A program made the translations under genes and the position numbers. From the NCBI GenBank assembly GCA_039964455.1, contig JBDVXK010000010.1:33170-97169 (forward strand): DNA of 64,000 bases, read 5' to 3'. Within the stretch, counting starts at the first letter, position 1, and every line of letters begins with the position of its first letter. The notes beneath the pieces are model-generated. The model saw only the letters and a program-made list of their open reading frames with translations, was not told where the DNA came from and did not search any database. Below are positions 63,048 to 64,000 of the stretch, one piece after another. This DNA comes from Halieaceae bacterium. Its GTDB lineage: Bacteria; Pseudomonadota; Gammaproteobacteria; Pseudomonadales; Halieaceae.

Positions 63048-64000
63048 ATGGATTCCGACACACAGGCTATCAAGGACTGGCTTAAACAGCATCAGATTTG
63101 CGAGGTTGAGGTGCTTGTCCCCGATATGACAGGCAACGCGCGGGGTAAGTTTATTCCCGCCCAGCAATTCCTTGATCTTGGTGACCCCAAGCTGCCTGAG
63201 AGCATCATGATCCAGACAGTGACGGGTGAGTATTCCGATGATCACTGGGATTTTGTAGAGCCGACTGATACTGACATGGTGCTCAAGCCGGATGCCAGTA
63301 CGCTTAGAGTAGTTCCCTGGGCGCGTGAGCCAACAGCACAGATTATTCATGACTGTTACACCATTGATGGTGAGCTTCACCCACTGTCCACCCGCAATGT
63401 ATTGCGTAAGGTTCTGAAGCTCTACGAGGATGAGGGGCTGACCCCGGTAGTCGCACCGGAGATGGAATTCTACCTGGTGGACAAAAATACTGACCCCGAC
63501 AGCGTACTGACTCCGCCTCGCGGCCGCTCGGGCCGCAAGGAAACGGCGCGCCTGTCCTACAGCATTGATGCCGTTGCCGAGTTCGAAGACTTCGTCGAAG
63601 ACATGTACGACTACGCCGAAGCACAGCAATTGCAGGTCGACACCCTGATTCATGAAAATGGCGCTGCACAAATGGAGATTAATTTTCTCCACGGTGATGC
63701 GATGTCGCTGGCCGATCAGGTGTTTGTCTTCAAGCGCACCGTACGTGAAACGGCACACAAGCACGGCATCTACGCGACATTTATGGCCAAGCCGATGCAG
63801 GCAGAGCCCGGGAGTGCGATGCATATTCACCAGAGCATGGTGCGTACTGATTCAGGTGAAAATATCTTCATTGATGCGCAAGGCAATACCACGGACGCAT
63901 TCATGGGCTACATCGGCGGGTTGCAACGATACACACCGGAGCTTATTGCTCTGTATGCACCAAACGTAAATTCCTACCGCCGACTGGCTCCGGAAATTTC
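63048..64000 (+). CDS. Glutamine synthetase family protein (gamma-glutamylpolyamine synthetase PuuA/PauA-like), 3' end beyond window
   Basis: This gene is not in the ORF track because the frame stays open to the window end. My translation from ATG 63048 gives MDSDTQAIKDWLKQHQICEVEVLVPDMTGNARGKFIP...APEMEFYLV...NGAAQMEINF...FMAKPM...GSAMHIHQS...NSYRRL, which are GS catalytic-domain motifs. Confidence 0.85.
   Translation, partial: MDSDTQAIKDWLKQHQICEVEVLVPDMTGNARGKFIPAQQFLDLGDPKLPESIMIQTVTGEYSDDHWDFVEPTDTDMVLKPDASTLRVVPWAREPTAQIIHDCYTIDGELHPLSTRNVLRKVLKLYEDEGLTPVVAPEMEFYLVDKNTDPDSVLTPPRGRSGRKETARLSYSIDAVAEFEDFVEDMYDYAEAQQLQVDTLIHENGAAQMEINFLHGDAMSLADQVFVFKRTVRETAHKHGIYATFMAKPMQAEPGSAMHIHQSMVRTDSGENIFIDAQGNTTDAFMGYIGGLQRYTPELIALYAPNVNSYRRLAPEI

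Noticed and set aside
62913-63830. 305-aa minus-strand ORF, the only long ORF listed for this region
   Set aside because: The opposite strand, read from ATG 63048, carries an open-ended frame with clear glutamine-synthetase-family motifs. That frame is missing from the track only because it has no stop inside the window. The minus-strand ORF is its shadow.

Overview
This is a chromosomal, housekeeping-dominated window from a moderately GC-rich gammaproteobacterium. The exact taxon cannot be determined from the sequence alone. Two long blocks match the gene order I recall for Pseudomonas-like genomes: tatCBA-hisEI-ubiBJE-DUF971-hslUV-SPOR-argS-priA / rpmE-malic enzyme / ponA / pilMNOPQ-aroKB-gltBD-hemE, and comF / bioB-bioF-bioH::bioC-bioD-acyl-CoA dehydrogenase. 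I call 58 protein-coding genes (two are cut by the window edges), one tRNA-Pro(CGG), several rho-independent terminators and a few promoters. I saw no rRNA, CRISPR array, IS or transposase, integrase, prophage, toxin-antitoxin pair or recognisable defence gene, and I cannot point to a convincing, wholly new multi-gene system. The parts worth a second look are listed here. (1) An ECF sigma/ChrR anti-sigma pair is divergently coupled to an FAD-oxidoreductase/DUF1365/CFA-synthase-like operon. The shared control region holds three copies of a TGATCC-N16/17-CGTA promoter motif, suggesting a singlet-oxygen-type regulon and possibly furan fatty-acid synthesis. (2) A FAN1-like VRR-NUC nuclease is translationally coupled to a helicase that fuses a RecB-type PD-(D/E)xK nuclease domain to an FeS XPD/DinG motor. 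(3) BioH esterase and BioC methyltransferase are fused in frame. (4) There are several unusual gene junctions: a 59-bp convergent overlap, a GTGA-coupled modC/srkA junction, a TAATG-coupled MscS/ABC junction, and a terminator that abuts a start codon. (5) A roughly 380-nt structured leader precedes pntAA. Many long antisense shadow ORFs in the supplied track were rejected.
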